DNA of 63,070 nucleotides, filler included, from Octopus bimaculoides (GCF_001194135.2; 3 parts of 3 records of this genome joined end to end with filler, not necessarily neighbours in it); one strand, 5' to 3'. Numbered from the whole stretch's first letter, positions 46,605-60,159 are shown. Numbers and translations are program-made. The notes: a model not told the origin generated them from the sequence alone.

Positions 46605-47167
46605 CTTTGAGGGGGATTTGGTTGCTTAAATTTTACAGTCTTCTCTATAAACACCATATTCTCAACATTTGTACGTTTGAGTATACTTTCGGGACGCCCT
46701 ACAATAACAAGAAGAAAAGTGTCTTAATCTGGAACAAATAAAATTTTGTCAACAGATAGGTTGTGCAAGAAATTATCATGGATACCAAAAAAAACAAAGC
46801 TGATTCATCTAGCGGAGAGCTGATTTTTTCAGTCTATCTGTGTCTTACACCAAGCTCTGTTATGTCTCGGTTGCATTAATAAGACTACAAGAGCCATAGA
46901 CAAGGATTACTCGCTAATGCAGAAGCAAATTGGCTTTTAAGCAAACAACGTTAGCTTCTTTCCTTCGTGAACAAGCTGAGGAATGTAACAAGATTAACAT
47001 ACAAGTGACTGATAACAGTAAAGATGTACAGTGCTAAGTTTCTGCCAGCTTCTACTTGAAATTTTTGAATTGAGTCCAAATGCAGTTTTGGCAGTAATGG
47101 TGCTTGAAAGTCAATCTTGAATCCTTGTTCTGTTGCTAGGACTGCAGAAATGTTGATGGAAAAAAGA

Positions 47168-48340
47168 AAGAATACTTATCCCTGGTTAAACTTCAAAGGT
47201 GGTAAACTTGAATGTGCAGTATGTGAAAACTTCACCAACTTGAAACTTTTCAAGTCTAAGGGTTTATGATTGTCCAATGAATGGCAGTTCTACCAAGTAT
47301 CTTATTATGGAACTGATCGAACAACACGCTTGAAGTCTTTTAGAGAAGAAAAGAAAAAAGAAAGAAAATTGTTGATCACAGAATATCAAAAGCCTACGCT
47401 GTTGCTCTGTGTGATGAAAACAGAGCTAGAGAAGATGCCATAGAAAATTATTTGACACCATGAATAGTTTGCATCTAAAGGCAAGTTGTTCAATATTTCT
47501 TTCTGCATATTATTTAGCTCAGAATGACAGACCATAATTTTGATCCCTTTGGTGTACTGGAACTTCAAAAGAAAAATGGTATTGATATTAGAATTAGACT
47601 TCGTTCCTGCACTAGTGCTACAAAGATAATTAATGGCATATCCATTAATATGAAAATGAAAATTTGCCAGCTTCTCGAGCAGATAATTGGTAAACTTTCT
47701 GTTCTCATTGATGAATCAACATGCGTGAGCATTAAGATTGCCCTTAAAGTGTACTTGTCATGTGAAAGTGGTAAGGAAGTTGATCCCTATTTTATGATTT
47801 TAAGCCTAATTGAACTGCCTGATCAGAAAACTGCAACTATTTCTAAGCATCTATTGAGCTGTTTTATCAACCATGAGTTTGACGACGCTTGTAGTATTTA
47901 CTAGTGACAGGGCGAGCAAAACGTTTGATGTTACATCTGGTGTTATAACAATTCGCAAGAAACAGATTGGAAGTTGCAATTGGTGATTTGGTGGGTGGAG
48001 TTCGTAGAATTAATCCACTCTGTTTACAGTAGACTACCTGCGAATCAAAAGAAACTGTATGAATGTGTTTCTCAACTAAAGCAAAACACTTTCAAAATTC
48101 GCCTTGTTCTGGACACCGGCTGACAAAATTATGAAATGCCATGCCTTCATTTTGAAAAAAGCAATGAAAGATGAAACGAAATTTGGGAATGACAAGAATT
48201 TATTAAGATCTATTGAGAATAATCTCTTCAGAACTGTTTCTATTGGACTATAGCGATAATTTATGATGCAATGCATAACAGCATGGTAAACGACTAGAAG
48301 CTGAAAGGGTATTTGAAAAGGTGAAATTCAGAAAAATATC
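47168..48340 (+). pseudogene. Decayed hAT-superfamily transposase (KIAA1586/ZNF862-like)
   Basis: YPWLNFKGGKLECAVC..LSNEW (TTF-type zinc finger-like); LSVLIDESTCVS..LIELPDQKTATI; SDRAS...SGV; stops and frameshifts. Confidence 0.8.
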
Positions 48341-48438
48341 CTATGCAAGCTACAATTTTATTGTCCTCGTTGATCAACTACAACATAGCTTCTCAATTTT
48401 ATCTTTTTATTTCGATATAAATTTATATTTTCTACATG

Positions 48439-48501
<63 letters not shown>

Positions 48502-49268
48502 NNNNNNNNNNNNNNNNNNNNNNNNNNNNNNNNNNNNNNNNNNNNNNNNNNNNNNNNNNNNNNNNNNNNNNNNNNNNNNNNNNNNNNNNNNNNNNNNNNN
48601 NNNNNNNNNNNNNNNNNNNNNNNNNNNNNNNNNNNNNNNNNNNAGAGAGAGAGAGAGAGAGAGATACGTACAAGTAATGACATCTAACGTTGCAGGTGTG
48701 CAGTGGCCATCTTTTTTGCTTGTATTGAAATACAAGTAAATTTTGACAAATAGCTTTTATATTATACTTTAAGCTTATTGTTGTAATTTACATGCATATA
48801 TTATATATTCAGTTTTGTTTATTATCATTGCTAATGTTATCGCTCTTATAGTCATTGCTGTTTGTGTTGTGATTTACACTAACTAGCAGTTTGTCATAAT
48901 AATACATTTAAATTTATTTTAAACGTAGAAACACAAAGACTACAAAAGCTGTGCAGATGCATCTGTCGCACTCTACTACCTACTTTGTTCCCAGTACATA
49001 TACAATATCTTTTATTGTTCTCCTCACGGAGTGATACCGCCCCTTTTGAGAAGTCTTGATTTACCTTTTCCTATGAATCGTATAAAATATTTGCAACTTC
49101 CCTGGAATGTTTTCAAACTTCTGAACCTTAAAGTACGTATAAATCCCTGCTAAATGAAATGTGTGTCGTCGATAAAGGTTACTGACCCCTTGAAACACGG
49201 TCTAATTGTTGAGAAACTTGAATTCATATCTCTTTATAAGACGTTTAAATATTTGTCGTTCTTTATAC

Positions 49269-49477
49269 CGATGTTCCTCAAGGTGGGGTGACATCCCTCC
49301 AGCGAGTCGTGTCAATATTTTGGTGGGGAGCGGAGCAAGTGAATAAAACTGGCTATAAATTTTACATTAAAACCTCTTTTGAATATGTACACGCTATATA
49401 CTTTGTTAGTTCATAGTGGGGCGCACGTTTGTTTTTTGGAAAGTGGCGCGTTAATCAAATAGAGTTGAGAAACACTG
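49269..49477. mobile_element. hAT-Charlie-like MITE (209 bp)
   Basis: TIR CGATGTTCCTCAA / TTGAGAAACACTG; 8-bp TSD CTTTATAC / CTCTATAC. Confidence 0.7.
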
Positions 49478-50409
49478 CTCTATACTAAAAATGTGTTAGA
49501 GATCTTGTGGAATATCATAGACGCCACTTTGTCCAATATTTATACCCATTACTGAATTGTTCACAACTTCTTTTTTGTACTGCTAAATGTGAGAGGAAAT
49601 TATCTGTTAGTAACAACACGCTCAAGAATTCTCATGCATGATGTGTTAACACTTATACATGCTAAACTAGACGGATTTCCTGTAGTTCAGTGGAACCTTG
49701 AGTTGTATATCATATCTTGGCTGTGGTACCACATTCAACAGATGACACTAGGACAATTATAGACAAACGAATACAAATTACACCTGACCCTTGTTCAATT
49801 TATTTTGACACTTCTCATTGTTGGTATTTGGGAAGTTGGTAATTACATTAAAATTGGCAAAAATACATGATTATTTTCTGTTTTCTTCATTTACTTGATA
49901 ATTATATTTTATAATAATTAGTGAGTGCAAGTTGCATTGTGCACCGTGAAATACTTTGTCATATTATTAGATAAAGTATTATATGTCTTATTGTACCACT
50001 TAGATACTGAAATATAGTAAGTTAACTATTAGTGATAGTTGGGTGTGACATACATAACCAGAGAAAACGGGAGAGACTGAGAAAGACAGAAAGAGAGAGA
50101 GAGAGAGAGATAGAAGGAGAGAGAGATAGAAGGAGAGAGAGATAGAAGGAGAGAGAGATATAGAGATAACCTGTAAAATTGAGCAGAATATTTGCTATAA
50201 CGATATTCCGCTTCAGATCCTCAGTGCTGGATCTGTCTGAAATGCAAAAGAAAATAGGCCAGTTTCTAAACTTTGATATCCAGGTCACAAAAGCAGAGTT
50301 TGAAGGGAATAACAACAATTTCCTTCGATTTCTAGATAGAAGCAAATAGGAAATAATACTCACTGACCAAAGATTAAAAAAAGACAACAAAAAAAAATAT
50401 TACTCAGCA

Positions 50410-50804
50410 GGAGTGGCTGTGTGGTAAGTAGCTTGCTTACCAACCACATGGTCTCGGGTTTAGTCCCACTGCGTGGCACCTTGGGCAAGTGTCTTCTACT
50501 ATAGCCTCGGGCAGACCAAAGCGTTGTGAGTGGATTTGGTAGACGGAAACTGAAAGAAGCCCGTCGTATATATGTATATGTGTGTGTGTATATGTTTGTG
50601 TGTCTATGTTTGTCCCCCAACATCGCTTGACAACCGATGCTGGTGTGTTTATGTCCCCGTAACTTAGCGCTTCGGCAAAAGAGAGCGATAGAATAAGTAT
50701 AGGCTTATAAAGAATAAGTCCTGGGGTCGATCTGATTCGACTAAAAGGCGGTGCTCCAGCATGGCCGCAGTGAAATGACTGAAACAAGTAAAAGAGTAAA
50801 AGAG
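50410..50804 (+). mobile_element. SINE family A, full-length young copy with (AAAGAGT)n tail
   Basis: Complete head, body and tail. Confidence 0.92.
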
Positions 50805-51224
50805 TGTTATCTCGTAGTTTTGAGATTTTTGGTGATGTAATTATTTATTTTTAGAATGACTTTGCAGATTAGAATTGAGAGGCCGGCTCAAGCTGCTTTG
50901 AACATAAAACAAGTAGAATATTTGGGATGGATATGGCCTTTTTAAATGCCAAAAGGATATTCCTTCAATAGATATTCCAGGTTTTGTCTTTGTGCAGCAA
51001 AGTCTTCAGTACTATGTTGCATCTGCTGGTTTCATAGTCGTTGAGATCCTCGAATAACCACATCCTTGTGTTCGTCTTACTGAAGAATTTAGGAAAAGTA
51101 CAAAAAAAAAAATGAAAGGTCTGCATATAATATCTATGAATCAAATATGAAATGTTGTCGTGTCTTGGGAGGGTCATTACACCAATAATACACCAATAAT
51201 AACAATAACACACTTCTTTAATAA

Positions 51225-51565
51225 TTGTTGGCACTCCGTCGCTTACGACGTTGAGGGTTCCAGTTGATCCGATCAACTGAACAGCCTGCTCGTGAAATTA
51301 ACGTGCAAGTGGCTGAGCACTCCACAGACACATGTACCCTTAACATAGTTCTCGGGGATATTCAGCGTGACACAGTGTGACAAGGCTGACCCTTTGAATT
51401 ACAGGCACAACAGAAACAGGAAGTAAGAGTGAGAGAAAGTTGTGGTGAAAGAGTACAGCAGGGTTCGCCACCATCCCCTGCCGGAGCCTCGTGGAGCTTT
51501 AGGTGTTTTCGCTCAATAAACCTCCCAACGCCCGGTCTGGGAATCGAAACCGCGATCCCATGACC
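51225..51565 (-). mobile_element. SINE family B copy (head runs into a gap)
   Basis: Reverse complement of 30221-30598. Confidence 0.85.
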
Positions 51566-52249
51566 NNNNNNNNNNNNNNNNNNNNNNNNNNNNNNNNNNN
51601 NNNNNNNNNNNNNNNNNNNNNNNNNNNNNNNNNNNNNNNNNNNNNNNNNNNNNNNNNNNNNNNNNNNNNNNNNNNNNNNNNNNNNNNNNNNNNNNNNNNN
51701 NNNNNNNNNNNNNNNNNNNNNNNNNNNNNNNNNNNNNNNNNNNNNNNNNNNNNNNNNNNNNNNNNNNNNNNNNNNNNNNNNNNNNNNNNNNNNNNNNNNN
51801 NNNNNNNNNNNNNNNNNNNNNNNNNNNNNNNNNNNNNNNNNNNNNNNNNNNNNNNNNNNNNNNNNNNNNNNNNNNNNNNNNNNNNNNNNNNNNNNNNNNN
51901 NNNNNNNNNNNNNNNNNNNNNNNNNNNNNNNNNNNNNNNNNNNNNNNNNNNNNNNNNNNNNNNNNNNNNNNNNNNNNNNNNNNNNNNNNNNNNNNNNNNN
52001 NNNNNNNNNNNNNNNNNNNNNNNNNNNNNNNNNNNNNNNNNNNNNNNNNNNNNNNNNNNNNNNNNNNNNNNNNNNNNNNNNNNNNNNNNNNNNNNNNNNN
52101 NNNNNAAAAAAGGAAGTGAAATATAAAATTTTATCACACTGTTTCTGTGAATGAGGACCGACTCTTCTTACAGTGTATACAATACAAGTGAAATAAAACT
52201 ACAAAATGAGATGAAAGTGGTTATCACTTGACTGTGAGGAAGCGGACAG

Positions 52250-52292
<43 letters not shown>

Positions 52293-52504
52293 ACATATGC
52301 ACGCGTGCGCGCACATACACGCACACATGTACGCGCGCGCGCACACAGTATTATTTTAGTAAACAGACGCTATAAGATAAATTGCGATGAGGATATTAAG
52401 ATGATGACGACGACGGCATTGATGATAGTGACGATGACAATATTTGAGGTTAAAGAGGTTATCATCGTTGGTATGTTTTTTCTTTTTCTGAACTGAGTAA
52501 AATA

Positions 52505-52536
52505 GTGGCGTAGTAGTAGTGGTAGTAGTAGTAGTG

Positions 52537-52578
<42 letters not shown>

Positions 52579-52662
52579 ATAGTAGTAGTGGTAGTAATAG
52601 TAGTAGTAGTAGTAGTAGTAGTAATAGTAGTAGTGGTAGTAGTAGTAGTAATAGTAGTAGTG

Positions 52663-52693
<31 letters not shown>

Positions 52694-52888
52694 TAGTAGT
52701 AGTAGTGGTAGTAGGAGCAGCAGCGGCAGTAATAGTGGTAGTAGTGGTAGTAGTAGAGTAGTAATAGTAGTAGTAGTGATAATGGTAGTAGAAGTAGTAG
52801 TAGGAGTAGTAGTATTAATAGTAGTAGTAGCAGTAGAGTAGTAATAGTAGTAGTAATAGTAGGAGCAGCAGTAGTAGTAGTAGTAGGG

Positions 52889-52920
<32 letters not shown>

Positions 52921-52941
52921 TGTTGTAAAGTAGTAATGAGT

Positions 52942-52988
<47 letters not shown>

Positions 52989-53200
52989 AGTAGTAGTAGG
53001 AGGAGGAGTAGTAATAGTAGTAGTAGTAACAGTAGGGGCAGCAGTGGCAGTAGTAGTAAGAGAAGCAGTAGGAATAGTAGTAGGAGTAGCCATAATAGGG
53101 GTAGCAGCAGCAGCAGTAGTAATTATTGTAGTAGTAGTAGTAGTAGTCGTAGTAGTAGTAGTAGTAGTAGTAGTAGCAATAGTAGTAGTTATTATTGTGG
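52505..53200. repeat. Long imperfect (TAG)n microsatellite
   Basis: Visible. Confidence 0.95.
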
Positions 53201-53381
53201 TAGTGATGTTGGAGTTGGATGTGATACACCCTCCGTGTTTGAGGTGCTGGTTTGTGTTGTGATTGGGAACTTGTGGTGGTTTGAAATGGATGTGATAAGA
53301 AACTGCACCATGTTTCGGTATTTTTGCTTGACTGTGTTGCTACTATAGTTGTTTAGCCCTCGGCCAGTCCTGATAGCTCAG

Positions 53382-53597
53382 ACTCTTTTACTCTTTTACT
53401 CTTTTACTCTTTTACATGTTTCAGTCATTTGACTGCGGCCGGCCATGCTAGAGCATCGGCTTTTTAGTCGAGCAAATCGACCCCAGGACTTATTCTTTGG
53501 AAGCCTAGTACTTATTCTATCGGTCACTTTTGCCGAACCGCTAGTTTACGGGGACGTAAACACACCACCATCGGTTGTCAAGCAATGTTGGGGGGGA

Positions 53598-53681
<84 letters not shown>

Positions 53682-53860
53682 TACATATATATACACATAT
53701 ATACGACGGGCTTCTTTCAGTTTCCGTCTACCAAATCCACTCACAAGGCTTTGGTCGGCCCGAGGCTATAGTAGAAGACACTTGCCCAAGGTGCCACGCA
53801 GTGGGAACGAACCCGGAACCATGTGGTTGGTAAGCAAGCTACTTACTATACAGCCACTCA
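53382..53860 (-). mobile_element. SINE family A, full-length copy with internal (CA)n expansion
   Basis: Reverse complement of the 50410-50804 architecture. Confidence 0.92.
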
Positions 53861-54116
53861 TGCGCCTATATGTTCGAAAATGTTCGAAAATATTTCCGGT
53901 CGTCATATTCCTGTCTTTTATTTCTTTGTGCAGGGAAGCGAAAGCTACACTGTCCAAATTTACCATTTTGTTTTGAAGAAAGAAAAGTTAGATTTTACGC
54001 GTGAGTGATTTAGCTGCTATTTCTTGTAGATCTAGAGACTAACCACAAGTTTCCTCATTGGCTTGTTTGATTCTGTCGTTGTCGTTGTTAACTGATGGTT
54101 GTTAATTGTGTGTGAA

Positions 54117-54430
54117 GGCGCGTGGCTTAATGGTTTGTGTATGCGGTTCACCACCATGAATTTGATTCCCGGCGACGCGTTATGTCCTTGAGCAGGACAC
54201 TTTATTTTTACGTTGCTCCAATTTATTCAGCTGGCAAAATGAATAGTACCAGTATTTCACAGATCCAGCCTTGTCGCATTCTGTGTCACGCTGAATCTCT
54301 GAGAACTACGTTAAGGGCACGCATGTCTGTGGAGTGTTCATCCATTTGCACGTTAATTTCAAGAGCAGACTGTTCCGTTGATCGCATCAACTGGAACACT
54401 CGTCGTAGTGGTCGACAGAGTGCCCAGCAA
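54117..54430 (+). mobile_element. SINE with a different tRNA head and a family B 3' tail
   Basis: Shares gagaactacgttaagg...ttgcacgttaatttc...gttccgttgatcg...caactggaac with family B. Confidence 0.7.
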
Positions 54431-54487
54431 AATGTGTGAGATCTGTGGAGAACTCGATTGTATTCTCTGTTCTTCTTTTGTGGAGCG

Positions 54488-54560
54488 AACTGGAGCCATG
54501 ATACAACTGGAGCCATGATACAACTGGAGCCATGATACAACTGGAGCCCTGATACAACTA
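54488..54560. repeat. 17-bp tandem AACTGGAGCCATGATAC, about 4.3 copies
   Basis: Visible. Confidence 0.95.
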
Positions 54561-54584
54561 GAATAACCCATGAATGATCTGATA

Positions 54585-54885
54585 ACCCGTTTGTACTCTA
54601 GTATAACATATGACTGATCAACTATTTTGTTTATACATTAGTGTAACCTTTAATTTATCTAATGCTTTATTTGTACTCTAGTATAACTTACGATTGATAC
54701 AGTATCTTGTTTGTACACTGGTAAAATTAATCATTGATCTAAGAACTCATTTGTACTCTATTAATCTATGATTGATCTAGTACCTTGTTTGTACTCTATT
54801 ATATTCTGTGATTGATCTTGCATCTTGTTTTGTATGCTGGTATAACAGATGATTGATCTAATATCTTGTTTGTACACTGGTGATC
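54585..54885. repeat. Degenerate 40-bp tandem array, about 8 units (TTGTTTGTACWCT...TGATTGATCT)
   Basis: TTGTAC-like anchor recurs at 54591, 54631, 54671, 54711, 54751, 54789, about 54830 and 54870. Confidence 0.8.
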
Positions 54886-55052
54886 TATTATGTTGTATGT
54901 ACAGCGGTGTATGAATAATGAATGAGAAACATGATGAAACGTTCATGGCGGTGTGTGTGTGTATGTGTATGTGTGTGTGTGTGTGTGTGTGTGCGCGTGC
55001 GTGTGTATGTGTGTACGGATGCGTGTGTATATGATGTGTGTATGTGTGTACC

Positions 55053-55085
<33 letters not shown>

Positions 55086-55214
55086 TGTATGTATGCATGC
55101 ATGTATTATGTATGTATGTATGTATGTATATATGTATGTATAAATGTATGTATGTATATGTATGCATATTTAAATATACAGACGTTTATGTACAAATACG
55201 TACATAAATATACA

Positions 55215-55245
<31 letters not shown>

Positions 55246-55875
55246 GTATATGCATGTGTGTATGCGTGCGTAGGTGTATGTTTAACCGAAGTTGTGGTTG
55301 TAGGCATGCATATATGTTGTGTGCAATAAAATTACCATTACCTGCAGCTGCTGCCAACTACACGATATCTACCTGCAACGTACCAAAGAATGTCTTTGCA
55401 ACAGAATTTACCAATTTCTCAACAGCTGCACCCCAACTTTATATCTCGTGTTTAGCACATCCCCTCCCACCACCCTATTCACAGCTTTAAATACCAGCAT
55501 TTTATTCCCCCCCCCCCAGATTCTGATAATCCTGCACAAATGGTAGATTTTTTTTTTCTTTAGAAATGGAGAAATAGTTGAAGACTTACCATTTATTCCT
55601 TTTGGCAGGTTTGACTAGAATTGAAATAAGATAGAGAGAGAAAGAAGGGGAAGAACAAAGGAAGAAGATATGGAAGAAAGAAGGGAAAGAAAGAAAGAAA
55701 GAAAGAAAGAAAGAAAAAGAGAGAAAGTCTGACACAATAGAAAGACGAAGGCAGAGAGAGAAAGAAAAATCGGGGAGAAAGGAAACAAGAAAAATTGAAA
55801 AGAGAGGAAATGAAAAAAAAAAAGAAAATTGAGAGTCAGATATGGCGAAGGAGAAAGATGAGATGAAGGGAGAGG

Positions 55876-55938
<63 letters not shown>

Positions 55939-56714
55939 AGAAAGCTTTAAAACAAGAAGTCAAAGAAGAAGACAACATAATACAAAAATTGAAGAGAAGT
56001 AAAAATTTTAAATTCCAAAGAATTGAGGAAGATGCGAAGGAAAAGCGAAAAGATTAAGGAATGTCAATGTCTCCCTAATTGGCACTGCACTAACAAGAAT
56101 GATTCTATTTTGTGTGTTGAGATAGCAGTGAGGTAGATTCTAAAATTATAGATAGGTATCAGTACATTCTGTAGCTGAACATTCTACAATGACACCAAGA
56201 TAACTTGCTGCAAAGAAATGCACAAATATGCATGAATAACACGTATTATATGCACTAATGTGCATGCATAACACATGTAGTATATGCCCAAATGCAACAG
56301 AGAAGCGAATGAACAAGTGCAGCACAATCAATGGATGCACAAATCAGACACATGCGAATTTGAAAATGTTAACATGATAGTTTATTTTTTTTAATGAGTG
56401 AAAAAACAAAAAAACACCTCATCAAAAATAAAATATCCGAAAACAAATAGAATTTAGAAACCATCTGTCGAAGAAGTGATAGTAATCTTGGGTGGTTTGA
56501 CAACATTTTGACAGTTCTTGGTGCTTGTTGTGGTTGTAAATTTAATTATAACAGACAAAGCTTGCTATCAGCACTGATCATTGTAGCACTGGTGACCAAC
56601 ACCGAAATAATATTTTCTTTTGCAACATCTTTTTTTCAATACAATTCGATGTAAAATCATTCTCAATGAAGAAACAAACATCTGAGCTTATTTGCTAGGT
56701 CGTCGTCATCGTCG

Positions 56715-57400
56715 TCCTCCTCTGTCTCCTCCTCCTCTGTCTCCTCCTCCTCTGTCTCCTCCTCCTCTGTCTCCTCCTCCTCTGTCTCCTCCTCNNNNNN
56801 NNNNNNNNNNNNNNNNNNNNNNNNNNNNNNNNNNNNNNNNNNNNNNNNNNNNNNNNNNNNNNNNNNNNNNNNNNNNNNNNNNNNNNNNNNNNNNNNNNNN
56901 NNNNNNNNNNNNNNNNNNNNNNNNNNNNNNNNNNNNNNNNNNNNNNNNNNNNNNNNNNNNNNNNNNNNNNNNNNNNNNNNNNNNNNNNNNNNNNNNNNNN
57001 NNNNNNNNNNNNNNNNNNNNNNNNNNNNNNNNNNNNNNNNNNNNNNNNNNNNNNNNNNNNNNNNNNNNNNNNNNNNNNNNNNNNNNNNNNNNNNNNNNNN
57101 NNNNNNNNNNNNNNNNNNNNNNNNNNNNNNNNNNNNNNNNNNNNNNNNNNNNNNNNNNNNNNNNNNNNNNNNNNNNNNNNNNNNNNNNNNNNNNNNNNNN
57201 NNNNNNNNNNNNNNNNNNNNNNNNNNNNNNNNNNNNNNNNNNNNNNNNNNNNNNNNNNNNNNNNNNNNNNNNNNNNNNNNNNNNNNNNNNNNNNNNNNNN
57301 NNNNNNNNNNNNNNNNNNNNNNNNNNNNNNNNNNNNNNNNNNNNNNNNNNNNNNNNNNNNNNNNNNNNNNNTCTGTCTCCTCCTCTGTCTCCTCCTCCTC
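56715..57400. repeat. 12-bp tandem CTCCTCCTCTGT spanning a gap
   Basis: Visible on both sides of the N run. Confidence 0.9.
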
Positions 57401-57517
57401 CTGATCTTCCTCTTCCTGTTTTTCCTCTTCCAGCCCTTCCTCTTCCTGTTTTTCCTCTTTCTGTTCTCCTCCTCATACTCTTTCGCTTCCTGCTCTTCCT
57501 CTCCTCCTCCTTCCCAC

Positions 57518-57808
57518 ACGTGTGTGTGTGTTTGTCCCCCAACGTCGCTTGACAATCGATGGTGGTGTGCTTACGTCCCCGTAACCTAGCGGTTCGGCAA
57601 AATAGAACCGATAGTATTAAGCTTACAAAGAATAAGTCCTGGGGATCGAATTGCTCGACTAAAGGCGGTGCTCCAGCATGGCCGCAGTCAAATGATTGAA
57701 ACGAGAAAAAGAATAAAAGAACAGATGAATGTTATATACACCCACTCTCTCTTTTACTTGTTTCAGTCATTTGACTGCGGCCATGCTGGAGCACCGCCTT
57801 TAGTCGAG
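57518..57808. mobile_element. SINE family A 3' half (+) followed by an inverted tail fragment
   Basis: 57518-57715 plus-strand tail; 57750-57808 its reverse complement. Confidence 0.8.
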
Positions 57809-58367
57809 CACACACACACACGCTATAATGTAAGACTTCGCGCTACGATTGTTTCAACTGATAAGCGGTATTCTTTAAATGCAGAGTATATTTCGAGATA
57901 TTATCTTCGTATGTCAGAAGGGACTAAATAACCAAACAAGATCTCCTGAGACCATGCTATCTCTTAGAGAAGAAACGATACTATAATGTTGTGCAACAAT
58001 AAATATGTGAAGGGATATATAGAATTAAATGCCTGGAATTAAGTTGTATATATGTATATATATATATAAGGTGAAACATGCCAGTGCTGCTAAGCTTTTC
58101 AAGTATGGTTCAAAGAAAGTAATTCCATTCTTAGCGCTTAAGACTTAATTTGAAGTGTTATAAGAAATTTGATGGGATTTTATATGGCTTAATGGCATTA
58201 TATAGGAAAATGATATATAAACAGAGGGGTTGGCAGCAAAAATAGCAAATAATGATCGTAATAATGATGATGATGGTGATGATGATGATGACAATCATAN
58301 NNNNNNNNNAAATAGCAAATAATGATCGTAATAATGATGATGATGGTGATGATGATGATGACAATCA

Positions 58368-58405
<38 letters not shown>

Positions 58406-58483
58406 TATCTGTAGCCCTTCCCCCCACCGCAATACTTAGCCACCCTCTCACCCGCCGCCAATACTCTTACCGTCGATCAAACT

Positions 58484-58550
<67 letters not shown>

Positions 58551-58659
58551 AGCGGCAGTTAAACTAAAAACGTAAAGTTGGAAGAAATGCTGCTAAGCAT
58601 TTTGACCGGCGTGGTAACGTTTCTGCCAGCTCACCGCCTTAATAATAATAATAATAATG

Positions 58660-58708
<49 letters not shown>

Positions 58709-58710
<2 letters not shown>

Positions 58711-59284
58711 CAGTACCGGGCAGTGGCTATGCCCGGATGCAGTACCAGGCAGTGGCTCTCATGGCTTTTGATCTCAATTGATTGGAAGTGTTATCATGTA
58801 CATTGTTTTGTCTCGGTATAAAAAATGGGCTACAGCAAATATTCTGCTCAATACCACAGATTTGCTTGTCAGTTGTTTGACCTTAGCCAGTTGAGCATGT
58901 CCCTTGGTGGCTGTCGATATGTGCATCTCTGATCATGAGCAGAAGTAGTGAGGGAGCATCATAGCCATGTGTTGAGAGGAATTCTTTGGGGTTTGGATAA
59001 TTCAGCGTTGGAAACATAGATGTTTTGCTCAACATCCTTAAACAAACCTTATTCAGGGACCTTTTGAGCGGGATGGGCTACTCGACCTGAAGAAAATTCT
59101 AACTGGGCCCCATCTGCGAGGTCATGCGCTGTTTATCTTGATATGAGATCCCCATGTCGCGTGCATATGGGTGCGATGCATGTGCCTGGTGTACTCTTAT
59201 CAGACGGGTAGTCATGATGGGTATAATGGGCTTCATATATTTTACCCCAGTGTCACTTTGATGGCATGCACTGCTCTCTCACTC
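58709..59284. mobile_element. About 575-bp non-coding interspersed element inserted in an (AAT)n microsatellite
   Basis: Complex sequence with sharp junctions to (AAT)n at 58640-58708 and 59285-59402; terminal hairpin CCGGGCA-gtggcta-TGCCCGG. Confidence 0.65.
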
Positions 59285-59306
59285 AATAATAATAATAATG
59301 ATGATG

Positions 59307-59373
<67 letters not shown>

Positions 59374-59599
59374 TGATGATGATGATAATAACAATAATAA
59401 TAAGTTTCTTAACCACGAGCGATATCTGATCGTATAATAAGTTTGAAAAATCATTGGTATTGCAATTAGCAGCCCGGCTGCGCGCCTAGTATACTCGGCA
59501 TTGTGCTGGACGATTTTCTTCTACTACTGATATATATATATTCGTGTTTTCAAACACAGTACGTCCATAAGGGATGTTATCTCCGGACAAATACTATAC

Positions 59600-59888
59600 T
59601 TACTTTACTTTATCTGATGTATTTGCATTAATTATGATATAGAGAGGCCTATACCTAACAGTCACTCTGGATAAGCTTGGATTTTCAGGAAAAGAAATCA
59701 ACCAACTGATTCGCACATTACAAATACAATTTGTAAGCGAGATAGTAAAACTATGCAAGACATTTTCTCAGATATAAAATGTGACATGGTTTTCGTTGTG
59801 TACATTCCAACGGTAGAGCTTTGTATCCTTGTTAGAAACCAGCTCCTTTTTCAAAGGAAGAATTAAAATAATTAAAGACAGAATAGAA
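59600..59888 (+). mobile_element. Second, related RLE-type LINE 3' fragment
   Basis: LDKLGFSGKEINQLIRTLQIQFVSEIVKLCKTFSQI*; 3' UTR shares the GTTAGAAACC(A/G)GCTC motif with 43110-43220; ends in (TACA)n. Confidence 0.65.
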
Positions 59889-60159
59889 TATACATACATG
59901 CATACATACATACATACATGCATACATACATACATACATACTGTTGGGCTTTACCATTGTTTTAATATATTCGATTTATATCCGATTTTTGATAATTTGG
60001 GAATGATATAAAGGACTGATTGGAGCGTTTATTCATTATACCTTTCAATCTATTTCTCCTTTCGGTTCTGTGTCGCTTGAGCACTTCCAGCTGCAGTCCT
60101 ATTTTTATTTTTGTTCTTCGGTTTAACGAAGTTATAAAATTATCCTTTTATACATACAT

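Noticed and set aside
52462-53262. Long Tyr-, Val- and Thr-rich ORFs
   Set aside because: Translations of the (TAG)n microsatellite; no splice or homology support.
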